A stretch of DNA of 64,000 nucleotides, from positions 63,822,602 to 63,886,601 of the forward strand of contig NC_057719.1 of NCBI RefSeq assembly GCF_004010195.1, given 5' to 3'. Each line of letters starts with the position of its first letter. The first letter of the stretch is position 1. Source of the stretch: Chiloscyllium plagiosum (lineage: Eukaryota). The notes beneath the pieces are model-generated. The model had not been told where the DNA came from. It saw only the letters and a list, made by a program, of their open reading frames with translations, and searched no databases. Shown here piece after piece: positions 27,601 through 40,630 of the stretch. The position numbers and the translations under genes were made by a program.

Positions 27601-30052
27601 CTAAGGCATCCCACAACAGTATCCAGATGTTGTACAGGGAAGTTCCTCTTGATAGCTAGCAAGTTAAAGGAATCCTCAGGAATCTCCCTTTGATCCTTCC
27701 ATCTTCAGACAGCCTTCACTGTTTTGGAGTGTATACAAACTGTTATATTGCCTTGGAATGCTTGAGCATTTTGTCAAAGTGTTGAACCTGTGAGAGGTAG
27801 TGTTTGTGTAGTCATACTCAGCAGACCACTGCACTTAATGCAGTGTGGACATGTAAGCTGCTCATTTTCTGTCTCCCAACCTTGAATGCCAATGCAAGTG
27901 GAAAAACTATTCTCTGAAGTAAAAGACTCTTTTCAATGATGCTCCACTAATGCCTTCAATAGGTTTTCTTGTCCCTCTGCCTCCCACTACTTCTGACTGC
28001 CATCCTGACTTCTGCAACTGGTGTGAGGGAGCCTGCTGTGTGGTTGGCCTGTTGACTTCAAACCCTTCAGCGGTCACCCCATGGTGCCTTTGGGCCTACC
28101 GCCTCCCTTTCAGTTTTGATGGCAGTAGGCTTTGTGATCACTGGGCAGGCGAGAGGTGAAGTGGCCATGCATCTCTGGACAAGCCTGAGAAGAGGCTTCC
28201 GGGCAGCTCCCTGTCACCTGTCCTTCCTGTGTGCACCCACTGGAACCACCCTCTGTCCCTGCGAGGAATCAGCCCTTGGAGGAAGGGGGAAGTCCCTTGT
28301 CACACTCTAGCCTTGCCACTGATGCTGAACACCTATAGACGAAGTGATAATGTGCAGGTGCAGCAGTCACTGAGTGTTCTGCAGGATGTCATTCTCTTTG
28401 GAAATCACTAACTTGATGATAGAAATAACTGTGCTTCCTTCCAGTTTACCAAGTGTAAAGCTGGTGAACCTGACTGATGTGTCTATGCTGGTCTCTACAG
28501 GTTGTTCAGGATATTAACAGTTGAGACTATGAGTGTGTCTGGGACTGAGCAGTCTTTTGACAGACAGAGACTTGGGCATTTCTTCCTCAATCCACCACAG
28601 AGATGTACCGGTTATGAGCTCACCAGATTAGTTGAAAGTCAAGCAATGACATGGATCTATTGCTTAAAACAATCATGACCATGACCAGGGTAAAATGCTG
28701 GAAAATATTTTGAACTTATAGTCTGACAAGTCCCCAGCACCTATGGTTTATATCTTCGAGTCTAATCTGGAAAGAGTAGGCACTCAGGTGAAAGTCTGGG
28801 TTGGTGAATGGTTCAAGTGCATCCTCTGAAACTTCAGTGGTACCACTAGTGCTTGCACAAAAGAGCAGAGGGAATGAGTTATCAAAGATGTATGAAAGCT
28901 TATAAAGATTAAGAATAAGTTAGCATTGTGGTAATGGGAGGGCAGTGCAGTGTAAGTTACAGGGCTGGTTGTTCATTGATATCTCCTCATCTCTACTTTA
29001 ACTGTCCTGCTCTTCTCCACCCAAACTGAGTATTCTCTTCTCACAAGGAAGTGAGGACTCTAATGTCTGCCTTTCCCCACCAGTATTGGATCTTGATCTG
29101 GTTATGGATCAGCTTGTCCTGCAAAGAGATAATGAGAAAGATTGAATATGATGAAAGGGGATACAAGAGCAGTTAGTGGTGATGCATAAACAACTGAGGT
29201 GATAAGGTGTTCCTGGTGAGTGAGTAGGAAGAATAGAGAGCAGAAAGGGTTTGTATTTTGGGAGATTGAAGTAGATGAGAGCCATTGAGAGGACCTGACA
29301 CACACAATACTAAGAATGGTAGTCAATGACCTTTATTGAGATGAGTGTGCAGTGGCAGAGTTAAAGTGATCCTGTGAGAGAGAAACTGGGAAATTGACCA
29401 TGGAAATAGTGGAGTCATCGAACAAGTATTTTGTGTCTATTTCACACTGCAAGACTTGGAAAACCTCTGCAAAATAGTTGAAAATCAAGCAATGATGGGG
29501 AGGAATGAGCTCAAAACAATCATCATAACCAGGAAAAAGTGCTAGAAAGTTGTTTGGACTTATAGTCTTTAAGTCCTCAGGACTACACAGCTTGTGTATT
29601 AGACTCTTGCATGATTGTTTTGTAAATAATCTTCCAAAATTCCTTAGGTTCTGGAAGGATTCCTGCAGATTGGAAAATTGCAATGGAAACATCTTTATTC
29701 AAGAAAGAAGGGAGGTGGAAAACAGGAAAATATAGGCTAATTAGCATAACATCTTCTGTTAGGGACTATTAAAGGAGGTAAACGTTCCTTCAGCTGTGCA
29801 GGGTTTGGCAAAGCCACACTTGGAATACTTCATATAGTTTTGATTGTATTATTTGAAAGAATATGACTGTTTTACAATCAGCTGATTCCTGAGATGAAGA
29901 ATTATCTAATGAAGAAAGCTTGAAGAGGTTGGGCCTAAACCCATTGGAGTTTAGAAGAATGAGAGGTAACCTTATTGAAGCTTATAGAATTTTGAGGTAA
30001 CTGAACAGGCTAGATACTAGGAGGATGTTTCCCCTTGTGAGGAGACTAAAAG

Positions 30053-30226
30053 TAGGAAAAAAGTACAAAATGTTTAAGATGCTGAAAATCTGAAGCAAAC
30101 ATAGGGAATTCTGGAAATGCTCAGCAAGTCTGAAGAAAAGTCAAACTGGACTCAAAACATTAACTTTGTTTTTGTCTGCACAGATGCTGCCAGACTTACT
30201 GAATTTCTCCAACATTGTGTTTGTTT
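30053..30226. mobile_element. Old palindromic PLE-derived element with an eroded hammerhead
   Basis: Inverted arms around ctgaagaaaagtc-aaactg-gactc-aaaa-catta. Confidence 0.55.
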
Positions 30227-30247
30227 AAAAACTAGAAGACATGGGGG

Positions 30248-30893
30248 GGTGGAGGTTTGCTTGCTGAGCTGTAGGTTTGATATCCAGACATTTCATTATC
30301 TGGCTAGGTAACATCATCAGTGGCGACCTCCAAGTGAAGTGAAGCTGTTGTCTCCTGCTTTCTATTTATATGTTTGTCCTGGATGAGGTTCCAGGGGTTT
30401 GTGGTGATGTCGTTTCCTGTTCGTTTTCTGCGGGGTTGATAGATGGCATCTAGATCTATGTGTTTGTTTATGGCGTTGTGGTTGGAGTGCCAAGCCTCTA
30501 CGAGGTAGCCCTACACACGGAGGAAACAAAAACCACCATTTAGACTGGGAGACCACATCTATCCTGGGACAGGCTAAGCAAAGACATGCCTGAGAATTCC
30601 TAGAGGCCTGGCACTCCAACCGCAACACCATAAACAAACACATAGATCTAGATACCATCTATCAACCCGTCAGAAAACGAACAGGAAATGACATCACCAC
30701 AAACCCCAGGAACCCCATTCAGGAGAAAGATATAAATAGAAAGCAGGAGACAACAGCTTCGCTTCACTTGGAGGTCGCCACTGATGATGTTACCTAGCCA
30801 GGTAATGGAACGTCTAGATATCAAACCTACAGCTCAGCGAGCAAACCTACACCCTAAACCTCAACCTGACCTACAAACCTTCACAAACCTTGC
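30248..30893. mobile_element. Palindromic Poseidon-like Penelope insertion (family B) with hammerheads at 30284-30323 (-) and 30778-30817 (+)
   Basis: Inverted arms of about 250 bp. Plus-strand HHLDWETTSILGQAKQRHA*EFLEAWHSNRNTINKHIDL endonuclease C-terminus. Two-arm consensus CCA CUGAUGA U GUUACCU AGCC AGGUAAU GAAA CGUC UGG. Confidence 0.85.
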
Positions 30894-31724
30894 AACAAAA
30901 TGGAGGACATAGTTGAAGAAGCAGAGATTAGAAGACTTTTTTTTCTCTCTCTGATGGTTAAGAGATTGAAATTCTCTTCCTCATAAGGGTAGTGGAGGAT
31001 TAGTCTTAAAATTTATTCAAAGCTGAATTACATTGAATTTAGATAGACAAGGGAGTTCATTGTTGTGGATCCAGACAGGAAAAAAGCTGAGACCACAATC
31101 AAACCAACTGTGATCTTAAGAAATATTGGGACAGACTTGAGGGGCCAGATGCCTACTGTTGTTCCTCAGTCCTATGTTTCTTTTAAAAATTAGATAGTTA
31201 AAAAGTAAAATGCTCAAGAGTTAATCATGATGCTATTTCCTATAGAATTAAACATGAAACAGTTAGGTGTCTTGTCTCTGTCATCCATAAATGATTCACA
31301 ACCACTAAATCGGTAGTCTAATCTATTTGGACTGTAACCATCAGATATATCTCAAAATACAATAAAAAGTCAGCACAGCTATTGCAACAGAATTTGCAGA
31401 TGTGACTGGAAGGCAGTAGAGAAGGGAAAATAAAATACGGTTTATCTACTTAAGTCAAGCAGAATGACCCACTGATATAGTTTTGCAAGACATTTATGTT
31501 TTCAAAATGTCGTACAGTGATGAGTTGTATGTTGTGCACTCGGTGAATATGATCTTAATGATTCTTCTGTGTGCTCGTTTAAATTCAGGATTCTCTTTTA
31601 ATCCATCTTTGCTTCCTTGAGAACTGAGAGTTGTATTATTATCAGGGATTCATAAATAAGGATGGAGTGTGGAAAGCCTAATGCACAATAAAAAATTAAA
31701 AGAGAAAGCCGAATCAATAGAACT

Positions 31725-32850
31725 TAGAGTCATAGAGATATATAACACAGAAACAGACAGTTTGGTCCAATTCATCCCTAACGACCAAATATCTAAATTA
31801 ATCTAATCCCATTTGCCAGCATTTGGCCCATATCCCTCTGAACCCTTTCTATTCATATACCAATCAAGATGCCTTTTAAATGTTCTAACTGTTCCAGCCT
31901 CCACCACTTCCTCTGGTGGATCATTTCATGTATGCACCATCCTCTGCATGAAAATGTTGCCCCTTAGATCCCTTTTAAATCTTTTCCCTCTCACCTTAAA
32001 TCTATGCCCTCTAGTTTTGGACTCCCCACCCTAGAGAAAAGACTCTGTCTCTTTACCCTATCCATGCCCCTCATGATTTTTTAAACCTCTATAAGGTTAC
32101 CATTCAGCTTCCAATGCTCCAGGGAAAATATCCCCAGTTTATTCAACCTCTCCCTATAGCTCAAATCCTCCGACTCTGGCAACATCCTTATAAATTGTTT
32201 CTGAACCCTTCCAAGTTTCACAACGTCCTTCCGATAGGAAGGAGATCAGAATTGTATGCAGTATTCTAATAGTGGCCTAACAAATGTGCTGTACAGCCGT
32301 AACATGACTTCTCAATTCCTATCTCAATGCACTGACCAATAAAACCCAGCATACCAGACACCTTCACTTTTCTATCTACCTGCAACTCCATGTTCAAGGA
32401 ATTATGAACCTGCACTCCAAGGTCTCTTTGTTCAGCAACCATGAAGTGTATAAAACCTGCCCTGATTCGTATTTCCAATGCAGCACCTCACATTGATCTA
32501 AATTAAACTCCATCTGCTACTCCTCGGCCCATTGGCCCATCTGATCAAGATCCCGTTTTACTCTGTGGTAACCTTCTTTGCTGTCCTCCACACCTCCAAT
32601 TTTGGTGTCATCTGCAAACTTACTAACCACACTTCCTATGTTCACATCCAAATCATTTATATAAATGACAAAAAGTCGTGGACCCAGCACCAGTTCTTGT
32701 GGCTTGCATTCTGAAAAGCAATTCTTCACCACCACCACCAAATAGCTAGTTCTCCCTCTATTCCATGCGATCTAACCTTGCTAACAGTCTACCATGAGGA
32801 ACCTTGTCGAGCACCTTACTGAAGTCCATATAGATCATGTCCACATCCAA
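31725..32850 (-). mobile_element. CR1 LINE 3' part (HER1-like)
   Basis: [10 protein letters not shown]...SKFADDTKIGG. Same subfamily as 43770-46580. Confidence 0.85.
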
Positions 32851-33071
32851 TGTATTTAACAACTTTGTCCCTAAATGTACTCAATAAAGTCAATGAGCTG
32901 ACGGTAGACATAGAGACAAATACATACAACCTGTTGGGGATTACTATAATGTGGTTTTAGGAGGATCAGGTCTGGGAGTTAAATGTCCAAGGGTACTCAT
33001 TATTCTGAAAGGATAGACAAGTAGGGCAGGAGGTGGAGTTGCTTTATTGATTAAAGATGATATTAAAACTA

Positions 33072-33410
33072 CAGTAGCACCTTGACTTACGAACTTAATC
33101 CGTTCCGGGACCCAGTTCGCGAACCGAAAAGTTCTCGAACTGAATCAATTTTTCCCATTGTTCGGATAGCGTAAGAATGCTTGGACGGCTGTTCACAGCG
33201 CACGCGCCAAAGACCGAACTGAATGAGATCACACGGGGCCCAAGAGCTTTTGCGTCCAAAGCACAACAATGAAAGCACGTGGTCGCACACGGGCTTTTTG
33301 CGTTCATACCTTGAATTTCGATCGTATGTTGAAGCAAAATTTTACGTACAATCCTGTTCATAAACCGATTTGTTCGTGAACGGGGTCGTTCGTATGTCAA
33401 GGCGCTACTG
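33072..33410. mobile_element. Tigger/pogo-like (Tc1-mariner) MITE
   Basis: 23-bp TIRs cagtagcaccttgacttacgaac / gttcgtatgtcaaggcgctactg (2 mismatches). TA on both sides (33070-71 and 33411-12). Confidence 0.88.
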
Positions 33411-33918
33411 TATATTAAGAAATGATATTGGCACTCAGGACCAAAATGTTGAAGCAGTCTGGGTGGAAATAAAAAGCGAAAGAAGAAACTCCTTGGTAGG
33501 GATAATTTACAAGCCCCAAACGCTACTTTTGAAAAAGGACATACATAAACCAAGAAATGATGAGAGATTGTGAAAAGGGCACAACAATAATTATGGGTGA
33601 TTTGAACATGCATTTTGACTGGATTATTCAACTTGAAAGGGTAGCCTCAAGGAAAGGTTCATTGAGTGTATGAAGGATTATTTCTTCAAGCAACATGTCA
33701 TGGAACCAATCAGAGAACTGACTATTCTAGATTTAGTGTTATGTAACAAGGACAAATTGATAAATAGTCATGTAGTAATGGGATCCTCTTGGAAGGAGTG
33801 GTCACAACATGATAGATTTCAAATTCAGGTTGTAAGAGTGAAGGGAGAGTCACATACGTGAGTATTTGTGTCAGACAAAGATAAATTATGCAGGCCTGAG
33901 GAAGGAGTTGGAACTCGT

Positions 33919-34147
33919 GTCGAGAGTGTGTTGCTGGAAAAGCCCAGCCAGTCGGACAGCATCCGAGGAGCAGGAGAATTGACATTTCAGACATAAGCCC
34001 TTCATTGAGAATTCCTCATTCCTGATGAAGGGCTTATGCCCAAAAAGTCGATTCTCCTGCTCCTCGGATGCTGCCTGACTGGCTGTGCTTTTCCAGCACC
34101 ACACTCTCAACTCTGATCTCCAGCATCTGCAGTCCACACTTCCTCCT
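33919..34147. mobile_element. Palindromic PLE insertion (family A), degenerate hammerheads
   Basis: Inverted arms with the tail on the right. Core reads ctgatgaagggcttatgccc-aaaa-agtc. Confidence 0.8.
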
Positions 34148-36744
34148 GGTTTGCCCTAGTGGACTGGCAAAAATATTAAAGGGAAGAACATGGAAGATCA
34201 GTGACAAATGCTAAGGTGATACAAAATACCTCTCAACTAAAGTATATCCTTGAAAGAAAGAGGAATTGTTCAAAGGTGAAAAATCATCCATGGCTTAACA
34301 AAAACGTCAAGGCTAACATAAAGGCAAAACTAGGGCATATCATACTGCAAAAGGTAGTGGCATTCTGGACGATCAGAAGCACTTTAAATGTCAGCAAAGG
34401 ATTACTAAAAGTGAAATCAAAAGAGTTGAGATGAATTACGAAAGGAAACTAGCAGAAAACGTAAGTACTGGTAACAAAAGGTTCTACAAGTATATAATAA
34501 AGAAGTGAATAATAAAAGTAAATATTGGCCCTATAAATGATAAAAATGGTGCTGTAATAATGGGAAACTCAGAAATGACAGAGGCACTAAGCCAATATTT
34601 TGTCTCTGTTTACAGAGTGGAAGATAATTTCTTCCCAAAAGTATTACTACAGAGGAATTTGTTGAAATTGCTATAACTGGGGAGAAGGTTTGAAGTAAGC
34701 TGATGGAATTGAAGGCAGATATATCCCCAAGGCCTGCTGGCCTGCACCCTAGGGTATTAAAGGAGGTGGCAACAGAGATGGTGAATGCAATCATTATGAT
34801 ATTCTAAAATTCCCTGCATCTAGAAAGATACCAATGGATTGAAAACAAGCTAATGTGATACCCTTATTCAAAAAAGGGGATGGGCAAAAAGTGTGAAACT
34901 ATAGACCAGTCAGTTTGGCCTCTGTAGTGGGGATGTTGCTGGGGTCAATTAGAAAGGAGGACATAACTGAATACTTGGAAAAACAAAGCTCAACTTGCTG
35001 TAGTTCTTTGAGGTTGTAATCATTAAGGTAAACAATTGAGATCCAGTGGATGTTGTATATCTTGAATTCCAGAAGGCATTTGACAAGTGAAAGACTAATC
35101 CAAAAAATTTGGATCCCAGGGAGTTGGGGTAGAGTATTGCCTTAGATAGAGAATTGTCTGACTGATGGAAAGCAGAGGGTCAGCATCAATGGGTCCTTCT
35201 CTGAATTGGGGTGCTGCACAGTTCAGTTCTCGGACCTGAACTATTTAAAATCGATGTAAATGATCTGCAAGCAGGGAGAGAGTGTAACACAGCAAAATTT
35301 GCAGATGATACCAAAATAGGTGAGAAAACAGGCTGTGATGAGGAAATAAAGAGATTACTGATTGAATTTGAAAGCCAGGAGAATGGATCATACTCTGGCA
35401 GATGGAGTTTAATGTGATTAAGTGCAATGTTGTCCATTTTAGCCAGAAAAATAAAACAGGCAAACTATTATTGAAATAGGAAGCAGATTCAAAGTGCATA
35501 GATATGGAGGTATCCTTGTGAATCATGGCAACTGGGTTTGGAGGTGCAGCATATAATAAGAAAGGCAAATTAAATCTTGGCATTGATTTGAAAGAACTGG
35601 ATTATAAAATGAAAGAAGTGTTGTTACAAATATATAAGGTGCTGGTGAGGTCACATCTGGAGTATTGTGTCCGGTTTAATCTCCTTACTTGAGGAAGGAT
35701 GTGGTGGCCCTGGAGGCTGTTCAGAGGAGATTCACCAAACTGATTCCAGAGCTGAAAGGGCTGTGTACAATGATCTGTCGAATAGTTTGAGGTTGTACTC
35801 TCAGGAGCTGAGAAGAAGGAGGGGGTTATCTGATTGAGGAAAGAAAATGCTCAAGGAGATTGATAAGGAGGACATTGAGCAGATGTTCCACCTTGTGGGA
35901 CAGTTTCGAACAAGAGGTCATAGATATAGAGTGAGAGAAGGTGGGTTCAAAACTGAGATAAGGAGAAACTACTCAGAGGGTTGCGAATCTTGTGGAACAC
36001 AGTGCTCCAGAGTGTAGTGGAGGCAGAATCAATCAAGAAAGAAACAGATATGTTTCTGACAAAAAGCAGGATAAAGGGCTCCAGGGAACAGGCAGGAAAG
36101 TCGAGTTTAGACTAAAATAAGATCAGCCATGATCATGTCAAATGGCGGAGTGGGCTCAAAGGGCTGAATTACCTACTCCTACTCCTAATTCCTCTTTTCC
36201 TATGTTGTGTCAACTGAGTCTGTTTTCAGGGGATTAAAGGAAAACACATGTAAAAGGCATCAGTGCCTGCCTTTGGTTGTAAGGTAGTTTATACTGCATG
36301 CTATTGTAATAATACATGTAAATATTTTGAAGCAATGCAAATAAAAGTTACGTTGGTCAGGCTGCCTATGCTTGTAATTCATGTCCCTCACCCAGAACAG
36401 ACAGATACAACTTGGTAATAACAACAGAAAGTGCTGGAGAAACTTAACAGGTCTGGCAACATGTGTGGAAAAAGAAACAAAGTTAACATTTCAAGCCCAG
36501 TATGATTCTTACTTGGAACTGAAGAGGACTGAAAAGGTGATTGGCTTTATGCTGCAGAGAAAAAAGGAGCAAATGACATACGTGTTACAGGTGCCCCCGC
36601 ACAAAATATAAATGGGAATGTTAATATTAGCGGAGAGGTGATATTGATGAACAGTAGATGTTAGTGGCAGACAATAGGTCAATTTTTCTGAGGGCAAATC
36701 CACTCAAAAAAGATGTGGGATGGGTTGGTGGGTGGGGGAGTAGA

Positions 36745-37730
36745 ATTCTTTGAAGAGGTGACAAGTAGGTTAGACCAGGGAAACCCAGTGGATGTGGTCT
36801 ATCTAGACTTCCAAAAGGCCTTTGATAAGGTGCCACACAGGAGGCTGCTGAGTAAGGGCCCATGGTGTTCGAGGTGAGCTACTGGCATGGATTGAGGATT
36901 GGCTGTCTGACAGAAGGCAGAGAGTTGGGATAAAAGGTTCTTTTTCAGAATGGCAGCTGGTGACAAGCGGTGTCCCACAGGGTTCAGTATTGGGACCGCA
37001 GCTGTTCACGTTATATATTAATGATCTGGATGAAGAGACTGGGGGCATTCTAACAAAGTTTGCCGATGATACAAAGTTAGATGGACAGGCAGGTAGTACT
37101 GAGGAAGCGGGGAGGCTGCAGAAGGATCTAGACAGTTTGGAAGAGTGGTCCAGGAAATGGCTGATGAAATTCAATATTTGGAGTACTGTGTCTAGTTTTG
37201 GTCCCCACACCTCAGGAAGGCCATACTGGCACTGGAGCGTGTCCAGCGGAGATTCACACGGATGATCCCTGGAATGGTAGGTCTAACATATGAGGAACGG
37301 CTGAGGATCCTGGGATTGTATTCATTGGAGTTTAGAAGATTAAGGGGAGATCTAATAGAAACTTACAAGATAATACATGGCTTGGAAAGGGTGGACGCTA
37401 AGAAATTGTTTCCATTAGGCGAAGAGACTAGGACCCATGGACACAGCCTTAGAATTAGAGGGAGTAAATTCAGAACAGAAATGCAGAGACACTTCTTCAG
37501 CCAGAGAGTGGTGGGCCTGTGGAATTCATTGCCGCGGAGTGCAGTGGAGGCCGGGACGCTAAATGGCTTCAAGGCCAGATTGATAAATTCTTGATATCAC
37601 AAGGAATTAAGGGCTACAGGGAGAATGCTGGTAAGTGGAGTTGAAATGCCCATCAGCCATGATTAAATGGCGGAGTGGACTCGATGGGCCGAATGGCCTT
37701 ACTTCCACTCCTATGTCTTATGGTCTTATG
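36745..37730 (+). mobile_element. Relatively young 5'-truncated CR1 with an internal deletion near 37174
   Basis: ORF 36960 ([28 protein letters not shown]) and ORF 37262 (LGLYSLEFRRLRGDLIETYK). 3' end tcttatggtcttatg. Confidence 0.9.
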
Positions 37731-39062
37731 GGAGGAGTGGGCGATTAAAACTTGTCAAATTCACATCTAAACATCCAGCCAAACATGTTTGACTTTGAAT
37801 ATATATATATCATGCCAGATTATAGTAATTTCAATGTAAGCTCAATAGAAATTTTGTAGTGCTAGGTAATCAGTTTTCCTGCTCATGAAGTGGGCATGTT
37901 TTTTATATCTAGTACAAACATTAGCAATATAAAATCATCAACCACAGATTGTGGCATTGATGGCACAACAACATTTTTATATCACACCTTTACAGTAATA
38001 AACATTCCAGGACACATCACATGAGCATTCACTTCACACAAACAAAATATGACTTTAAAGCACTTAAGGAGAAATCGGCTTTTAAGGAGTGATTTAAAAG
38101 TGGAAGATGTGGTGGAGGATGTACAGAGACTATTTCAGAATTTAGGTCCTTGGTCATCGAAAACATGTCTAGCAAAGTGATTATAGTCGGCATTGCTCAG
38201 GAGATGATGTTAACTAACTCGCAGTTCAAGCTTTTTCACAGATACCTTTTGCAGCAGTTTGCGTTAACAGACCAAGACATGCGATAAACTGAAACCTACT
38301 TTCTTTACATGGCTTGGGACTGTCACTTCTTTCCCGTTTTGAATGATTTGTTTGGAAAATGCCTGACGTGGTCACTGCCTCTCCTGTCTGACAAATGGAA
38401 AAAATTTATACCACTATATACAGTCTTAAGCAATATTGGAATTATTTACAAACAGAACTATATACGGAAGCAAAAAGACTTGGGTGAAATATTATATCCA
38501 TGCAAGCAAACTGGAATCAGTTCACAAGGGCATGTATCCTTGTTTGGAAAGCTGATAGTTTATCATTGTTTAAGTAGTAATGCATTCACTTTCCTGAGTA
38601 CACATTCCATCATTGAAGTGTACCTTTCAGGATGTGATATCTCCATAAGTCACAAGCATTGTCAGATCCTGGGTTTCCATCAAAAGATAAAGCTAGCAAG
38701 TTAAACTTCTTGTGATTTAAAATCTTTGCCATGATCAAGTAATAAATATATCAAGTAATCGCAACTCTGTAGACAATGGGATATTATTTGTCATTGTTTG
38801 GTGTGCCTCTGCTTTTAGCTTCTAGTTGAACAGGGCAGCCTCAAATTTAACAGTAGCTACTTCAAACTTTATAAAGCCAGGAACAAAAAAACGTGTTTTT
38901 TAATCATAGGGACAGTGCCATAATACATTCTCCACAGAGTGAAAATCTGTGGTATAATGATTATGGAGCTGTTATGTAATGATGATTATATTAATTTCGC
39001 AATGATGTCAACTAAACCATGTGCAAGCTTTTACCAGTATCGTTACTATTACTGTCTGATAG

Positions 39063-39136
39063 GATTACCTGAAGCAGGTGTTGGACATTGACCTTCATGC
39101 CCAGATCCACTTTGGCAGAGTCTTCATGAAACCTGG
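39063..39136 (+). CDS. GPHN: Gephyrin E-domain coding exon: DYLKQVLDIDLHAQIHFGRVFMKP(G)
   Basis: ctgatag acceptor and TGG|gtaagt donor. 74 nt, phase 0 to phase 2. Contains the MoeA MKPG motif. Follows a 28.5-kb intron. Confidence 0.97.
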
Positions 39137-39444
39137 GTAAGTGCCAATTAAACATAAAGCAATAATACTTTTAAAACCTAATGTGATGTTGGCATTTAAG
39201 TGTGAAAGAAGAAATGTAGCTTGGTTATACAGATCTCAGTGAATCAATTTCAACTCGTAAAGGATCATGTCCACTGCAATAGTACTCCTCAAGTGAAAAT
39301 TCCAACAAAAATCTGTACATTAAGATATTAACTTGCTTAATTTTATTTGCGACCATGCAGATTGCTTTTGAGAACAAGCTGACCTGCTGTTTTCTAATGT
39401 GTCGGGAAGTGACAAGTGGAAAAGTGACAAATTAATGATTTTTT

Positions 39445-40630
39445 TTTAAATGTATTCATTGGATGTGGGTTTCATTGGCTGGACCACCATTTGTTACCCT
39501 TGAAAAGTTGCGTTCTTGACAAATTTGATGTAGGTATGCAAACATACTTTAGGGAGGATGTTCTATAATTTTGACCCAGTGACATTAAAGGAAAGGTGAT
39601 ATATTTCCAAGTCAGGTAGTGAGTGGCTTGGAGGGACACTTGAAACCAGTGGTCTTCCCATGTATTTGCCATCCTGATTATCCTTCTAGATGGTAGTGAT
39701 CATAGGTTTGAAAAGTGTTCCCTAAGGACCCTCAGTGAATTTTTGCAATGCAACTTGTGGATGGTACACAATACTGCTTCGGTGTTGGAGGGTGTGAATG
39801 TTTTTGGATGTGGTGCTAACCAAGCAGGCTGCTTTGACCTGGATGGTGTCAAGCTTCTTCAGTGTTTTTGGAGCTGCACACATCCAGCGAAGCAGGGAGT
39901 ATTCCATCACACTCCTGACTTGTGCCTTCTATTTAATGGACAGGCTTTGAGTTAGGAAGTAATCTACTCGCTTCAGGATCCTAGCCTCTGACCTGCTCTT
40001 GAAGCCAAAGTATTTATATGGCTGGTTCAATTCAGTTTCTAGATCAGAGTGGTGCTGGAAAAGCACAGCAGGTCAGGCAGCATCCGAGGAGCAGGAAAAT
40101 CGACATTTCGGGCAAAAGCCCTTCATCAGGAATGGAGGCAGGGAGCCTCCAGGGTGGAAAGATAAATGTGGTGGGGGGGGGTTGGGGAGAAGGTAGCAAA
40201 GAGTACAATAGGTTAATAGAGGTGGGGATGGAGGTGATACGTCAGAGGGGAGGGTGGAGCAGATCGGTGGGAAGGGAGATTGGCAGGTAGGACAGGTCAT
40301 GAGTTTCCTCATTTCCCTTCCCCCCCACCTTACCCTATCTCTCCACTCTGGAGGCTCCCTGTCTCCATTCCTGATGAAGGGCTTTGCCCGAAACGTCGAT
40401 TTTCCTGCTCCTTGGATGCTGCCTGACCTGCTGTGCTTTTCCAGCACCATTCTGATCTAAACTCTGGTTTTCAGCATCTGCAGTCCTCACTTTTGTCCAG
40501 TTCAGTTCCTAGTCAATGGTAACCCCTATGATCTTAATAGTGGGAGATTCCGTGATGATAATGCCATTGGGTGACAAGGGGGACTTTTAGATTCTCTCAT
40601 GTGCAGGTGGTCATTGCCTAGCACTGGCAA
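39445..40630 (-). mobile_element. CR1/L2-group LINE 3' end, interrupted by a PLE
   Basis: ORF 39722 MEYSLLRWMCAAPKTLKKLDTIQVKAACL. Collinear with 3345-4000. Confidence 0.75.
40043..40494. mobile_element. Palindromic PLE insertion (family A variant) with hammerheads at about 40098-40133 (-) and 40367-40401 (+)
   Basis: attc-ctgatga-agggctttgccc-gaaa-cgtc-gatt. Imperfect TSD gttcaattcagtttctag / gtccagttcagttcctag. Confidence 0.85.

Larger units (their letters stand above)
29340..31180 (+). mobile_element. Decayed, internally deleted CR1 carrying two nested PLE insertions
   Basis: ORF2 remnants and CR1 3' end ggagtttagaagaatgagagg...gagggg ccagatgcctact. Confidence 0.65.
32850..36205 (+). mobile_element. 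Decayed near-complete CR1 ORF2 and 3' UTR, with a nested MITE and PLE
   Basis: APE remnants (VEAVWVEIK, LDLVLCN), RT AKFADDTKIG, and 3' end cctactcctactcctaattcct. Confidence 0.85.

Noticed and set aside
37165..37190. Internal deletion in the young CR1 as a possible splicing product
   Set aside because: The deleted sequence is absent, so splice signals cannot be verified. An ordinary deletion is simpler.
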